A program made the translations under genes and the position numbers. Positions 10,280 to 19,522 of a stretch of 64,000 nucleotides of DNA are shown piece after piece. How positions within the stretch are numbered: position 1 is the first letter of the stretch; the number at the start of each line of letters is the position of its first letter. Origin of the DNA: Acidobacteriota bacterium (GTDB lineage: Bacteria; Acidobacteriota; Thermoanaerobaculia; Thermoanaerobaculales; Sulfomarinibacteraceae). Location of the stretch: positions 28,829-92,828 of the forward strand of contig JAJDNM010000125.1 in NCBI GenBank assembly GCA_022340665.1. The letters run 5' to 3'. The notes below the pieces were generated by a model. The model did no database searches, was not told where the DNA came from, and worked only from the letters and a program-made list of their open reading frames with translations.

Positions 10280-11350
10280 TCAACGCCTCGTGTCGAGCAT
10301 TTTCTGGGCGATCTGCCGGGTAACCGGATTGAGGTTTCGGTCTCGCGAAACGCGAACCCGATCTCGGTAGTTGAGGCGCGGAATAATAGCCTTCGCTGTA
10401 TAGACCGGGGTCTTGGGGTTCAATGCCAGAGCGATTGCGATGGGATATTTCCGTATCCATCGGCGATTCGCCGAGATCTGCTGGATGACTTCCTGGGCAA
10501 CGCTTCGCGAAGCCGCGAACTGCTCGATTTCGGTATCGGTGAGTTTCGGGCACGCCAGTACCGATCGCTGGATCAGTCGGTTCCGACTGTTGATCAGGAT
10601 CGACCGCTCCTCCCGGGTGCCTCTCAGAGCGCAGATGATTCGTTCGTGGACGCTCATCTTGAGAATACGGGCGTGACCCTCCATCTCCATTCCCTTGACC
10701 GCATCTTCCAGCGCTTCATCCTCGAACCCCCGGTAGGGCATCTCGACTTCCTGCGGAATGTGGGCTCCGATCGCGCGGAGACTTTCGATCGCCTCGTCGA
10801 TGCTCGGCCCGGCCGCCGCTGCAGCCTCCTGTTCGGCCAACACCTTCTCGATGAACTCTTCCTCAAACTCCCGGACCCGTCTGAGGACCACCTGGTTAGC
10901 CTGCGGGTTTTCGCGAAGGTCCTCGAGGATATCGAGGCATCCAAGCACCCGGACCTGGTTGGTGATGATGATGTCCTGAACAACCGGCGTACCGTTTTTC
11001 GCCAAAACCCTTAGGGTTTCGTCAGACACGTTTGTGTGTGCGGCAACCGCCGCCCAGATTGCCTCACCGGCGCGAACCCTGATCAGTTGATCGAGAACCA
11101 GCGAATCAGGCGGATGGTCCCGCAGCCAGTCGAGAATCGTCGCCTCCTCCTCGCGGGCCACCGATGTCTCCGCCAATTTTGCCAGTTCCTGGTCAGGGTC
11201 CGAAGCGAGAATGCACTGCAGGCCCAGCAAGTCCTCGCGGGATACTGGGAGCAGTCCCTGGGCGGCAAACAACCGCACCTGCCTCGGAACTTGCCCTTTG
11301 ACGATGCCTTCAATCAGGTCGGCTCCGGTCACCGGCTTCTTGTCAGTCAT
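10280..11350 (-). CDS. Helical-repeat protein (HEAT/LRV-like), function unknown
   Basis: 356 aa ORF. It is alpha-helical and repeat-like with recurring NP.TP-type turns (ALALNPKTPVYTAKAIIPRL, LRENPQANQVV). Its start overlaps the rodZ-like stop by 8 nt. No catalytic motif recognised. Confidence 0.55.
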   Translation of the reverse strand: MTDKKPVTGADLIEGIVKGQVPRQVRLFAAQGLLPVSREDLLGLQCILASDPDQELAKLAETSVAREEEATILDWLRDHPPDSLVLDQLIRVRAGEAIWAAVAAHTNVSDETLRVLAKNGTPVVQDIIITNQVRVLGCLDILEDLRENPQANQVVLRRVREFEEEFIEKVLAEQEAAAAAGPSIDEAIESLRAIGAHIPQEVEMPYRGFEDEALEDAVKGMEMEGHARILKMSVHERIICALRGTREERSILINSRNRLIQRSVLACPKLTDTEIEQFAASRSVAQEVIQQISANRRWIRKYPIAIALALNPKTPVYTAKAIIPRLNYRDRVRVSRDRNLNPVTRQIAQKMLDTRR

Positions 11351-12155
11351 TTCGTGCCCTCGGGCCGAGAACTACGAGTCCTTCGCGGCTGACCTCCGCG
11401 TGGACCACCTGGCCAGGACGACCGAGCCCTTTGTACTCGACACCGTCGACCTCAATGACGACCGCGTCGGCATCCCCCACCGTCAGCTTGACCGGTCCCA
11501 TGAGTTCGATGCGCTCGGTTGTACCTCCACTGATCAGCCTCCCCCCGGCGACGCCGTCTCGGTCACGATAGTGAATCCAACACTCCATGTCAGGCTGAAC
11601 CTGCACCATCATGACGACTCGATCAGTTTCGCTGGCCACCTCGGTTGCGGTCGGGCGCAGCGACGGCGTGACCGGAACGCCCGGATCGGCGGATCCTGGG
11701 TTGGAACGGACAGGGCTCTCGGGTGCCAACTCAATCGCCGGCCCGGACGTGCGCAAGATCGCCACGGCCGCTATCACCAGAATCGCGATCGCGATGATCA
11801 CAGGCAGCCAGAATTGCCAACGGACAGATTGGGCAACCGGTGTTTCGTCCGCCTCGGCCATCAAATGAATCCCAGAGGCAAGCAGAAATCGGTCCCACGC
11901 CGCCTCGAACGCATCTGCCAACTGATCCGGATCGGCCCCGATGACCGCTGCGATCTGGAGCACGAAGTTGCGGCTGAAAACTTTTTGCGGCAGATACTGG
12001 AAGTCGCCTGACTCGAGGCATCCGAGGATATGTGTGGAGATCTTGGTTTCCTCGGCGATGTCCTCTAGGCTCAGCCCGGCGACGTTGCGCAATCGACGCA
12101 GCTCTTCACCAAAGGCCCTCGGATGATTGGGCACCCCCTCCATTGCTGTCATCAC
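11343..12155 (-). CDS. rodZ: RodZ-like cytoskeleton protein (HTH + TM + DUF4115-like C-terminus)
   Basis: N-terminal Xre-type HTH FGEELRRLRNVAGLSLEDIAEETKISTHILGCLESGDF, a single TM WQFWLPVIIAIAILVIAAVAIL, and a C-terminal beta domain (CWIHYRDRDG...LTVGDADAVVIEVDGV). The start may be the ATG at 12143. Confidence 0.75.
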   Translation of the reverse strand: MMTAMEGVPNHPRAFGEELRRLRNVAGLSLEDIAEETKISTHILGCLESGDFQYLPQKVFSRNFVLQIAAVIGADPDQLADAFEAAWDRFLLASGIHLMAEADETPVAQSVRWQFWLPVIIAIAILVIAAVAILRTSGPAIELAPESPVRSNPGSADPGVPVTPSLRPTATEVASETDRVVMMVQVQPDMECWIHYRDRDGVAGGRLISGGTTERIELMGPVKLTVGDADAVVIEVDGVEYKGLGRPGQVVHAEVSREGLVVLGPRARND

Positions 12156-12894
12156 CGGAGAAGTCTATCACCCTTCGCTGGCCGAGAGCTTCGCGTTCGA
12201 TCAATGATTCAGCAGCTTCCCGGACCTCTTCCGGGAGGTTCGGGTGCTCGAGAATTCTGCGCAGTTCGACCCGCGGCATCTGTACGAGAATGCTGAGTGC
12301 GATCGGCAGGGGTGTATGCGAGCACACCAACAGCGCCCGTCTGACCCTCAGATACGATCCCCATTTGTGATGTCTGGCAAGTTCCGGAAAAAAGCCGAGG
12401 GATGGTTCTCTGGTGTTGAGGATGACGAGGATGTCGTTCTCCACCAATCGAGGGTTGTCGAGCAGCGCGCACAAAACCTGTTCGTCGCCGGCGCCGACCA
12501 GAACCCGAAATATCTCCCTGTGGGCCCGCCGTGCAAGGGCAATTCGTTCGCCGAGAGACATCGATGAAACGAGGCTCAGGAGCTTCCGCTCCGCCTGGCG
12601 CCGAACGACTGGCGGTGTCCGCGGTGATTGCGAAAGTGACAGGAGGGACGTCCACGGCAGAGTGGCCATCAAATCCATCGCGCGGCCGAAGGTGAAACCG
12701 GGAAAGCCGGCGAGCAGCTCGCGAACCGCATGACCATCCAGGTTCCGCCGCTCGGTGGCAATAGACTCTGCAATCTGGGCAGTGCAGAACGGGGATCTCA
12801 GGACCTTCAGAAGATCGGCCTCCTCGAGCTGTCGGTCTCGTACCAACTTCAGGAGTTGCTCGGAATCCAGGTCGGAGATCGAACGCGAGTCCAT
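12106..12894 (-). CDS. Helical-repeat protein, function unknown (C-terminal module resembles 10280..11350)
   Basis: 262 aa ORF. LLDNPRLVENDILVIL and KWGSYLRVRRALLVCSHTPLPIALSIL...HPNLPEEVRE resemble RRWIRKYPIAIALALNPKTP...NLNPVTRQ of the other repeat protein. Its 3' end overlaps the rodZ-like 5' end. Confidence 0.5.
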   Translation of the reverse strand: MDSRSISDLDSEQLLKLVRDRQLEEADLLKVLRSPFCTAQIAESIATERRNLDGHAVRELLAGFPGFTFGRAMDLMATLPWTSLLSLSQSPRTPPVVRRQAERKLLSLVSSMSLGERIALARRAHREIFRVLVGAGDEQVLCALLDNPRLVENDILVILNTREPSLGFFPELARHHKWGSYLRVRRALLVCSHTPLPIALSILVQMPRVELRRILEHPNLPEEVREAAESLIEREALGQRRVIDFSGDDSNGGGAQSSEGLW

Positions 12895-13027
12895 ACCCCA
12901 TCGTACAGATTGAACACCTGCAATGGACGTGTTTCAACAAACAATTGACAATCGGAGGAATGACGCTGGGCCTTCCGAGGATCGGGTTGCTTCAGCTTTC
13001 TCGTGGGAACAGGGTTTGAAGCTGTTT

Positions 13028-14041
13028 CTATGTTGCTTCGGGCTCTTCGGGATCGAAAATTTCCCTCAATCGCTGACGCAAGCGAACCACCTCGAGAGAG
13101 GCGATTGCGGCGTCACCTGGGGGTAGCCGGCGAAGCGCGTGTTTGCGAAAGGCCATGCGTGTCAGCAGGCGTGAAATCACCGTGCGCTCATTCCTCGACG
13201 GCCACCAATTCCCTCGAACACGTTTGCGATAGTAGGGAATGACGTCGAGCACCCACCCCGGCACTGTTTCCAGTTCCACCTCGATCGCAAGCTCGCGCTT
13301 GAGAATTCGGTGTTCGGAGCTGAGAAAAAGCGCAAGCGCGATTGGATAAGCGAGATAAAGTACTCCAAGTGCGGCCAGCCAGGGTTTCGGACCCCCCCCC
13401 TCCCCCACCGGTCCAAACCGGACTAGGGACATGTTCCAGGCACCGTGGATTGCCGTCGCCAAGATGAGTCCACCGAGAATCCAGGCAGCTTTGGAGAGTC
13501 GACGTCCGCAGAGCGTTGCGTAACCGATGAACCCTCCGAAGGTCGCGCTGCAGATCGCATGGACGCCGGCTGAGAGCAGGGTTCGCCCACCAACAAGAAT
13601 GAGAATCCCGAGCGAGGTTTCGGCGCCGGCCCCGCCACCGATGCCGTAAACCACGTTTTCGGTGACCGCAAAGCCGAGCCCGGAGGCGGTGCCGTAAACC
13701 ACACCATCGGTGGGATTGTCGAACTTGTTCGAAAACACGACCACGAGCAGCACCCCAGCAGCCTTGGTTATCTCTTCAAGGAACGGCGTAACCAGGCCGA
13801 TTCCGATGAGCCCCAAATCTCCCGGGGCCTCGATTGTGTGCAACACACGGACGAAAATTGGGTACGCAAAAATGGCAGTGAGCGGAGCCGCTGACGCCCC
13901 CCACAAAAAGACCATCGCCACCAGGTGAATGGGCTCCCGGTCGTATCTGTCAACCCACCACACAAGTGCGACCACGACTAGGAGGATTGCGGCAGACACC
14001 GCAAGTGCCACCAAAAGTACCAGAACCATGGAAATATTCAC
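13028..14041 (-). CDS. prsW: PrsW-family intramembrane metalloprotease
   Basis: 337 aa polytopic membrane protein with PrsW blocks: WVDRYDREP, EEITKAAG, HAICSATFGGFIGYA, HGAWN. Confidence 0.8.
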   Translation of the reverse strand: MNISMVLVLLVALAVSAAILLVVVALVWWVDRYDREPIHLVAMVFLWGASAAPLTAIFAYPIFVRVLHTIEAPGDLGLIGIGLVTPFLEEITKAAGVLLVVVFSNKFDNPTDGVVYGTASGLGFAVTENVVYGIGGGAGAETSLGILILVGGRTLLSAGVHAICSATFGGFIGYATLCGRRLSKAAWILGGLILATAIHGAWNMSLVRFGPVGEGGGPKPWLAALGVLYLAYPIALALFLSSEHRILKRELAIEVELETVPGWVLDVIPYYRKRVRGNWWPSRNERTVISRLLTRMAFRKHALRRLPPGDAAIASLEVVRLRQRLREIFDPEEPEAT

Positions 14042-15003
14042 GGCAATACCAGCGGGAGATCACGCAGCGGACGATCGTCGAAGTATCTTCGCGCGGCCTC
14101 GACATCGAGGCGTATTTGGGCCATCAGCTGTGGAGTGGAATCGAATTCTCGCTCCTCACGCAACCGCCGGAGGAAGAACAGGCGTACCCATTCCCGGTAG
14201 ACGTCAGCCGTGAAATCCAACAGGTGGCTTTCAACCGTGGTCGACGAATTCTGATAGATCGTGGGTCGAACACCGATGTTGGTGACCGCTGTAAACGTCC
14301 GGTCAAACGACGGGATGTGAACCGCGGTTACGTAGACGCCATTGTCGGGCATGAGCTCGTTTTCTACCTCCATATTGAGGGTTGGAAAACCGAGAGTACG
14401 CCCGAGACGCTTGCCCTCCAGCACCGGGCCGTCGATGAAGACCGATCGGCCGAGCAGGCCTGCAGCGTCCTCGACCCGTCCTTCGGCAACCGCTTGCCGA
14501 ACTCTGGTCGAGGACACGACGCCTCCTGCGTGCTCGACGATTGGCGCGTAGTCCGCTTCGAAGCCGAGTTCGTTGCCCATCGATGTCAGCAGTTCGACAT
14601 CCCCACCGCGGTCCGCGCCAAATTTGAAGTTCTTTCCGATGTAGACGTCCCGGACCGCGAGCCTTTCCACCAGGACATCGCGGACGAAATCGGCTGCAGT
14701 CATTCTCGCGACCCGATGGGTAAACGGCAGCAGGAGACACGTTTCGATGCCGGTGCGCGCAATCAGCGCCAGGCGTTGCTCCAGAGTCGTGAGCAGGCGT
14801 GGCGCATCTGCCGGTCTGAGGAGCTTGACCGGATGGGGGTCAAAGGTCATCGCCATGGCCGGCGCGCCCAGCGCCTGAGCGCGTTCAGCGACGTAGGAAA
14901 GAATTGTCTGGTGACCGAGATGGACACCATCGAAATTACCGATGCTGAGGACGCCTCCCCTTGGAGGGTCGTCGTTTCCGAGGGGGTCGCGGAGCACTTC
15001 CAC
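14038..15003 (-). CDS. ribF: Bifunctional riboflavin kinase / FMN adenylyltransferase
   Basis: 321 aa. Blocks GNFDGVHLGHQ, TFDPHP, GRTLGFPTLN and the C-terminal riboflavin-kinase block (SHLLDF..D.Y). A 4-nt overlap with the prsW start. Confidence 0.95.
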   Translation of the reverse strand: MEVLRDPLGNDDPPRGGVLSIGNFDGVHLGHQTILSYVAERAQALGAPAMAMTFDPHPVKLLRPADAPRLLTTLEQRLALIARTGIETCLLLPFTHRVARMTAADFVRDVLVERLAVRDVYIGKNFKFGADRGGDVELLTSMGNELGFEADYAPIVEHAGGVVSSTRVRQAVAEGRVEDAAGLLGRSVFIDGPVLEGKRLGRTLGFPTLNMEVENELMPDNGVYVTAVHIPSFDRTFTAVTNIGVRPTIYQNSSTTVESHLLDFTADVYREWVRLFFLRRLREEREFDSTPQLMAQIRLDVEAARRYFDDRPLRDLPLVLP

Positions 15004-15013
15004 AGAGTTCCTC

Positions 15014-16429
15014 TCAGCCCATCACTGGGAGGCGCACCGCCGGTGCTTCGCCTGGCATCAGCACCCGTGCAATTCGCCCAACGATATCGTAAGGGTGGGC
15101 TTCGGTGACCTCGACCTCGACCAGCGATCCCGGAGCCGCCGTGCCGTCATTTATCAACAACCGCCCATCGATCTCCGGTGCCTGTCGCTGTAACCGGGCT
15201 TCGAGCAACAACTCCATTTCAGGCAACGCTCCCGATACCAGAGCCGGTAGATGCCTTCCGACGAGGTCGTTGTTGATCTCAAGGGCAATTTCCTGTTGCG
15301 TCTCGAGCAGGAGGTCATGCCGCCGTTCTTTTTCTTCGGCAGTTACGGGATCGCCAAGATCCGCCCCCGGGTTCTCTGCCTGCCACGAGTAGGTGAACGC
15401 TCCGAGATGGTCGAAACGGACCTCGCGAACGAAATCGAGGAGCTCTGCAAACTCGCCATCGCCCTCACCCGGGAAACCGACGATGAAGGTCGAGCGCAGC
15501 GTCAAATCGGGAACTCTCGAGCGGGCCCTGTCGATGAGTGCGCGGTAGGTCCTGGCGTCCCCGCCACGCTTCATCTTCTTGAGTACGGTACGGCTGGCAT
15601 GCTGCAACGGGATGTCGAGATAGGGAATGAACCGTTCCTCCCTTGCCATCAGGTCGAAGAGTCCCTCGTCGAGAGTCGCAGGATACGCGTAGAGGAAACG
15701 GATCCAGGGTAGGCTGGTTGCCGTGAGCAGCGATTCGATCAGTGATCGCAATCCGTTTCGCAATCCGAGGTCCTCTCCGTATCGAGTGGTGTCCTGGGCG
15801 ATCAGTACCAATTCCCTGACGCCTTGCGATTCCAGTGCGCGCGCCTCAGCCAGCAGATCTGGGATAGGGCGCGATCTGAAGCTGCCCCGCATCGCGGGAA
15901 TGTGGCAGAAAGAGCAGGGGTTGTCGCAGCCCTCTGCCACCTTGAGGTAGGCGTACGACCCGGTTGACACGATTCGCGTATTGCGATGGTCGTAAACCCT
16001 CACTGCGCCTCGTTGATCGGGCACGTGAGACCCAAGCTCACCTCGGACCGCCTCGGTGATCCGTTCCAGTTCGTCGAGGCCCACGAAGGCGTCGATCTCC
16101 GGAATCTCTTCCTTCAACTCGCGAGCGTAGGCCTGGGCCATACAACCTGTGACGATGAGCTGCCGAACGCTCCCCCCACCTTTCGCGTCGGCGACTTCGA
16201 GAATCGAGTCGATGGATTCACGTTTGGCGTCATCGATGAAACCGCACGTATTGACGATCACTACATCCGCGCGAGTGGCGTCAGAGGTCAACTCTATCCC
16301 GTCACGTGCGAGATGACCGAGCATCGTCTCACCGTCGACGAGGTTTTTGGCACATCCGAGACTGATCATTCCCACTCGTACGCGGGGATTTCTCGATGGC
16401 GCCGGATTGCTGCTTCCTTTCAATGTCAT
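15014..16429 (-). CDS. rimO: Ribosomal protein S12 methylthiotransferase (radical SAM, MTTase family)
   Basis: 471 aa. UPF0004 N-domain (ISLGCAKNLVDGE), radical SAM CxxxCxxC (EGCDNPCSFCHIP), and a C-terminal TRAM-like domain. Confidence 0.9.
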   Translation of the reverse strand: MTLKGSSNPAPSRNPRVRVGMISLGCAKNLVDGETMLGHLARDGIELTSDATRADVVIVNTCGFIDDAKRESIDSILEVADAKGGGSVRQLIVTGCMAQAYARELKEEIPEIDAFVGLDELERITEAVRGELGSHVPDQRGAVRVYDHRNTRIVSTGSYAYLKVAEGCDNPCSFCHIPAMRGSFRSRPIPDLLAEARALESQGVRELVLIAQDTTRYGEDLGLRNGLRSLIESLLTATSLPWIRFLYAYPATLDEGLFDLMAREERFIPYLDIPLQHASRTVLKKMKRGGDARTYRALIDRARSRVPDLTLRSTFIVGFPGEGDGEFAELLDFVREVRFDHLGAFTYSWQAENPGADLGDPVTAEEKERRHDLLLETQQEIALEINNDLVGRHLPALVSGALPEMELLLEARLQRQAPEIDGRLLINDGTAAPGSLVEVEVTEAHPYDIVGRIARVLMPGEAPAVRLPVMG

Positions 16430-16550
16430 CCACTCTCCAAAGCTGGAATTTTAACCCGGTTTATATCGAAGGGCCGGCCGTCCGGACTCTCATCCTTGCC
16501 GGTCGATACACATCGGGCGATTCTTCTCTATATTCCCCTGCCGGCGTTGG

Positions 16551-17672
16551 TCAGTAGAAGTACTCGGCTACGGCCGAAGCAGCCTGCCGCGAAGCGCCTG
16601 GTCCTCCGAGAAGTCTCCTGGCTTCCGCCAAGCCAGAAAGTTGAGCCGCCGCACTGCCGCTGAGCATATCTGCGGAAACGGATTCCAGTCTTTCAGGGCA
16701 CCATTCCTGTTGGAGAAGTTCCGGAACCAGGGTTTTGCCAACAATGAGATTCACCAAAGCGACGTTCGGTACCCGGACCAAAAGCTTGGCCAGAGCGAAG
16801 GAGATTGGCTGTAACCGGTATCCGACAATCATCGGCACATCGAGGAGTGTGCACTCCAGGGTCGCGGTGCCGCTCGCAGTCCACGCCATCTGGCTCGAGG
16901 CGAGCTCGATTCGTCGGGCTTCCCCTTGCACTCTTCGAAGCCTGCTGTCAGGCCGTCCATATCGAGAGAGGGTGGCGTCAATCTCGGCTCCCATCCCGGG
17001 CGCCTCGACGAGGACGGCTTCGTGGATATCGGACGAATCGATCCTCTGCAGAGTTCTCAACATAATGGGCAGGAGCTGCCGCACCTCCATCGCCCTCGAA
17101 CCCGGAAGCATGGCCAGTCGGCCCGTGATGGTGGCCGGCAGTTGATTGCGTAGTCCGACCCGATCGATCTCATCAACCAGCGGGTGTCCCACATAGCGCG
17201 CCGGGACACCGTGGGATTCGTAAAAGGGAACCTCGAACGGGAGAATGCACAACACTTCCTTGGCCAGTTTTCGAACCGTGCCTATTCGTCCCTGGCGCCA
17301 CGCCCACAACTGGGGAGACACATAGAGGACCACTGCAATACCGAGCGAACCGAGACGCGCGGCGAGGCGGAGATTGAAGTCGGGAGAGTCGATGAGAACG
17401 GCGACGTCCGGCCGACGCCGGCGGGCCTCCTTAGCCAGTAGGTTCATCACCTGACGAATTCTCGGAAGCTCGCGCACAACCTCGACCAGACCCATGTGCG
17501 CGAGTTCTTCTGTTGAGGCGACGAGGGACAGGCCGGCTGCGCGAAGCCGCTCGCCGCCGACACCGAATGCCTCGAGTCGAGGTTCCATCTGACGAAGCTC
17601 GGCGAGCATGTTGCCAGCGTGGATGTCGCCTGACACCTCGCCGGCTACGATCATTACCTGAGGCGCGTTCAT
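16551..17672 (-). CDS. lpxB: Lipid-A-disaccharide synthase
   Basis: 373 aa. MIVAGEVSGDIHAGNM, DSPDFNLRLA, YVSPQLWAWR and the C-terminal GTATLE block are typical LpxB. Confidence 0.9.
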   Translation of the reverse strand: MNAPQVMIVAGEVSGDIHAGNMLAELRQMEPRLEAFGVGGERLRAAGLSLVASTEELAHMGLVEVVRELPRIRQVMNLLAKEARRRRPDVAVLIDSPDFNLRLAARLGSLGIAVVLYVSPQLWAWRQGRIGTVRKLAKEVLCILPFEVPFYESHGVPARYVGHPLVDEIDRVGLRNQLPATITGRLAMLPGSRAMEVRQLLPIMLRTLQRIDSSDIHEAVLVEAPGMGAEIDATLSRYGRPDSRLRRVQGEARRIELASSQMAWTASGTATLECTLLDVPMIVGYRLQPISFALAKLLVRVPNVALVNLIVGKTLVPELLQQEWCPERLESVSADMLSGSAAAQLSGLAEARRLLGGPGASRQAASAVAEYFY

Positions 17673-18046
17673 CGTTTCGCATCGCTCTCGAAAAAGTGTG
17701 CTGCAACTATCATAGAGGCTGCCCCGGCCGCCGCGCCGATCGAATTCGCCATCAGGTCGCTCAGCTCTACTGTTCGTTGTGGCTGCAGAATCTGGAGACC
17801 TTCAACCAATCCTCCGTAAACAAGGGCCACCGCGAAAGCGACGAATGCACCTCTCCAGATTCCGCCCGCTGGCATGAACAGGACGGTGAGCAAAACGGCT
17901 TGTACGCCGTAGGCTATCGAATGGGCAACGTTGTCGGGAATCCTGGGCGCGACGTCACCGACGGATGGCAGAATGCCGAGAACGAGCAATACGATTGCGT
18001 AGATCAGATTCAGGACGATCACGAGGCCGCGGTGCCGGGCCGACAT
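17669..18046 (-). CDS. VanZ-like small membrane protein
   Basis: About 125 aa with 4 predicted TM segments. The HSIAYGV and ADLMANSIGA blocks resemble the VanZ family. I chose ATG 18046, which forms an ATGA overlap with the upstream stop. The stop overlaps the lpxB start by 4 nt. Confidence 0.5.
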   Translation of the reverse strand: MSARHRGLVIVLNLIYAIVLLVLGILPSVGDVAPRIPDNVAHSIAYGVQAVLLTVLFMPAGGIWRGAFVAFAVALVYGGLVEGLQILQPQRTVELSDLMANSIGAAAGAASMIVAAHFFESDAKR

Positions 18047-18213
18047 CAGGGAAAGGGATACATCAACCAACCCAACACGGAGGCCCCAACCACCATGATG
18101 AGAAAGGTCTTCAAGAAGAGCTTGCGCCGGCCCGTCGGAGTGGATCGCCAGAGAAAGGCAAAGAACACTGACACAAGAAGCGCATGCCAGAGCATGAGAA
18201 AGAGGTGGTCCAT
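18046..18213 (-). CDS. Small hydrophobic protein (2 TM), function unknown
   Basis: MDHLFLMLWHALLVSVFFAFLW...FLIMVVGASVLGWLMYPFP. The ATG at 18213 lies 2 nt after the upstream stop. It is sandwiched in a tightly coupled gene chain. Confidence 0.4.
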   Translation of the reverse strand: MDHLFLMLWHALLVSVFFAFLWRSTPTGRRKLFLKTFLIMVVGASVLGWLMYPFP

Positions 18214-18214
18214 G

Positions 18215-18685
18215 TCAGTCCTTCTGGCCTCTGGCAATGTCCGAGACATCGAGGATTGTCAACAGATTCATGAGACCTGCGGTGTAGAGGAAGGTGTTGC
18301 CGTACGCGAATCCCGCGTCGGAGGGATTACCGCCGCCCTGGATGGCGAAAGGAAAGCCGTGAAAAAGACCACCGACGCCATTCAACCAGACCAATCTGCC
18401 GAGCGACAGGACTCCGTTGCCCAGGCAGGCGAGAGCTGCCAACCACGAAAACGGGCTCTGGGGCTTAGGCGTGCCGATCTCACCCCCGAACAACACTCCG
18501 GTCACGAAGCCGCAGAGGATTACCACCGCGAACACGATCGCGCGCTTTTTCTTTCCCAATAGCCAGTGGCCGGAGCCAGGGATGAACCACGCTACCGCGA
18601 GCAATCGCCACGAAGCGCGCTGACCGTCAGTAGCCTTGTCCTTCCCGGCCTTCCCTTTGCTCGTGTTCTTGTCTGCCGCTGTCAT
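18215..18685 (-). CDS. Membrane protein, function unknown
   Basis: 156 aa with a Lys-rich N-terminus and then about 4 TM segments (WFIPGSGHWLLGKKKRAIVFAVVILCGF...). The start overlaps the HIT gene stop by 4 nt. Confidence 0.5.
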   Translation of the reverse strand: MTAADKNTSKGKAGKDKATDGQRASWRLLAVAWFIPGSGHWLLGKKKRAIVFAVVILCGFVTGVLFGGEIGTPKPQSPFSWLAALACLGNGVLSLGRLVWLNGVGGLFHGFPFAIQGGGNPSDAGFAYGNTFLYTAGLMNLLTILDVSDIARGQKD

Positions 18686-19188
18686 GGCTGCGAGCCTCCG
18701 TCCTCCAGCTCTTCCTTCATCCGTTCAAAGGTCCGGCTGAGATCCTCCGGAATGACCCGCGTTCCGCCGACCACGGTCATCATGTTGCTGTCCCCACGCC
18801 ATCTGGGGACTATATGCAAATGGAGGTGCTCTTCGATCCCGGCTCCGGCGGCCTCTCCGACATTGAAGCCGACGTTAAAGCCATGGGGTTTGTAAATCTG
18901 GCGCTGTGCGGCCATGAGGTCCTGCGCGGTTCGCATCATTTCCGTCAAGGTCTCCCCGTCGACGTCGAAAAGCTCGCTGCAATGGTGGATCGGCGCCACC
19001 ATCGCGTGCCCGGATGTGTACGGGTAGCGGTTCAGTAGAGCGAAGGATTTAGAATTGCGGGAAAGAGTCAGGGTTTGCCGGTCATCGCGCGAAGCGAAGG
19101 CATCGCAAAAAATGCACTCACTGCGGTCACGATCATCGGCCTTCGACACGTACTCGAGCCGCCATGGGGCGAAGAGAATCTCGACCAC
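18682..19188 (-). CDS. HIT-family (histidine triad) nucleotide hydrolase/transferase
   Basis: 168 aa. Histidine triad HLHLHIVPRW, N-terminal CIFC zinc-knuckle-like motif, NRYPYTSGH block. Confidence 0.85.
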   Translation of the reverse strand: MVEILFAPWRLEYVSKADDRDRSECIFCDAFASRDDRQTLTLSRNSKSFALLNRYPYTSGHAMVAPIHHCSELFDVDGETLTEMMRTAQDLMAAQRQIYKPHGFNVGFNVGEAAGAGIEEHLHLHIVPRWRGDSNMMTVVGGTRVIPEDLSRTFERMKEELEDGGSQP

Positions 19189-19194
19189 TGATGC

Positions 19195-19479
19195 TCACTG
19201 CTGCAGCAACTCTTCCCTGAGGTGCTTTCCTGGCTTGAAGTAGGGAATTTTCTTCGGCGGCACGTGGACCTGCTCACCGGTTTTCGGATTGCGGCCGGTT
19301 CGCTCACCGCGTTGTCGGATCCGAAATGACCCGAAACCTCGCAGCTCCACCTTTTCGTTCCGCCGCAACGCAGTGATGATGCTCTCCAGAATCACCTGTA
19401 CGACCTCGTCCGCCTGCTTCCGAGGGACGTCGGCAGCACCCGCAACCGTCTCCACCAGATCAGCCTTGGTCATCGTCAT
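19195..19479 (-). CDS. ihfB: Integration host factor subunit beta (HU/IHF family)
   Basis: 94 aa from ATG 19479, with AAGGAG 9 nt upstream. VELRGFGSFRIRQRGERTGRNPKTGEQVHVPPKKIPYFKPGKHLRE matches the IHF-beta pattern. The cmk-rpsA-ihfB order is the same as in E. coli. Confidence 0.85.
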   Translation of the reverse strand: MTMTKADLVETVAGAADVPRKQADEVVQVILESIITALRRNEKVELRGFGSFRIRQRGERTGRNPKTGEQVHVPPKKIPYFKPGKHLREELLQQ

Positions 19480-19522
19480 TTCGCCGTGCTCCTTACTTCT
19501 CCGCAGTTCAGATCCTCTGCCC

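Noticed and set aside
17513-18562. 349-aa plus-strand ORF
   Set aside because: It is antisense to lpxB, the VanZ-like gene and the small membrane protein genes. The minus-strand genes form a translationally coupled chain.
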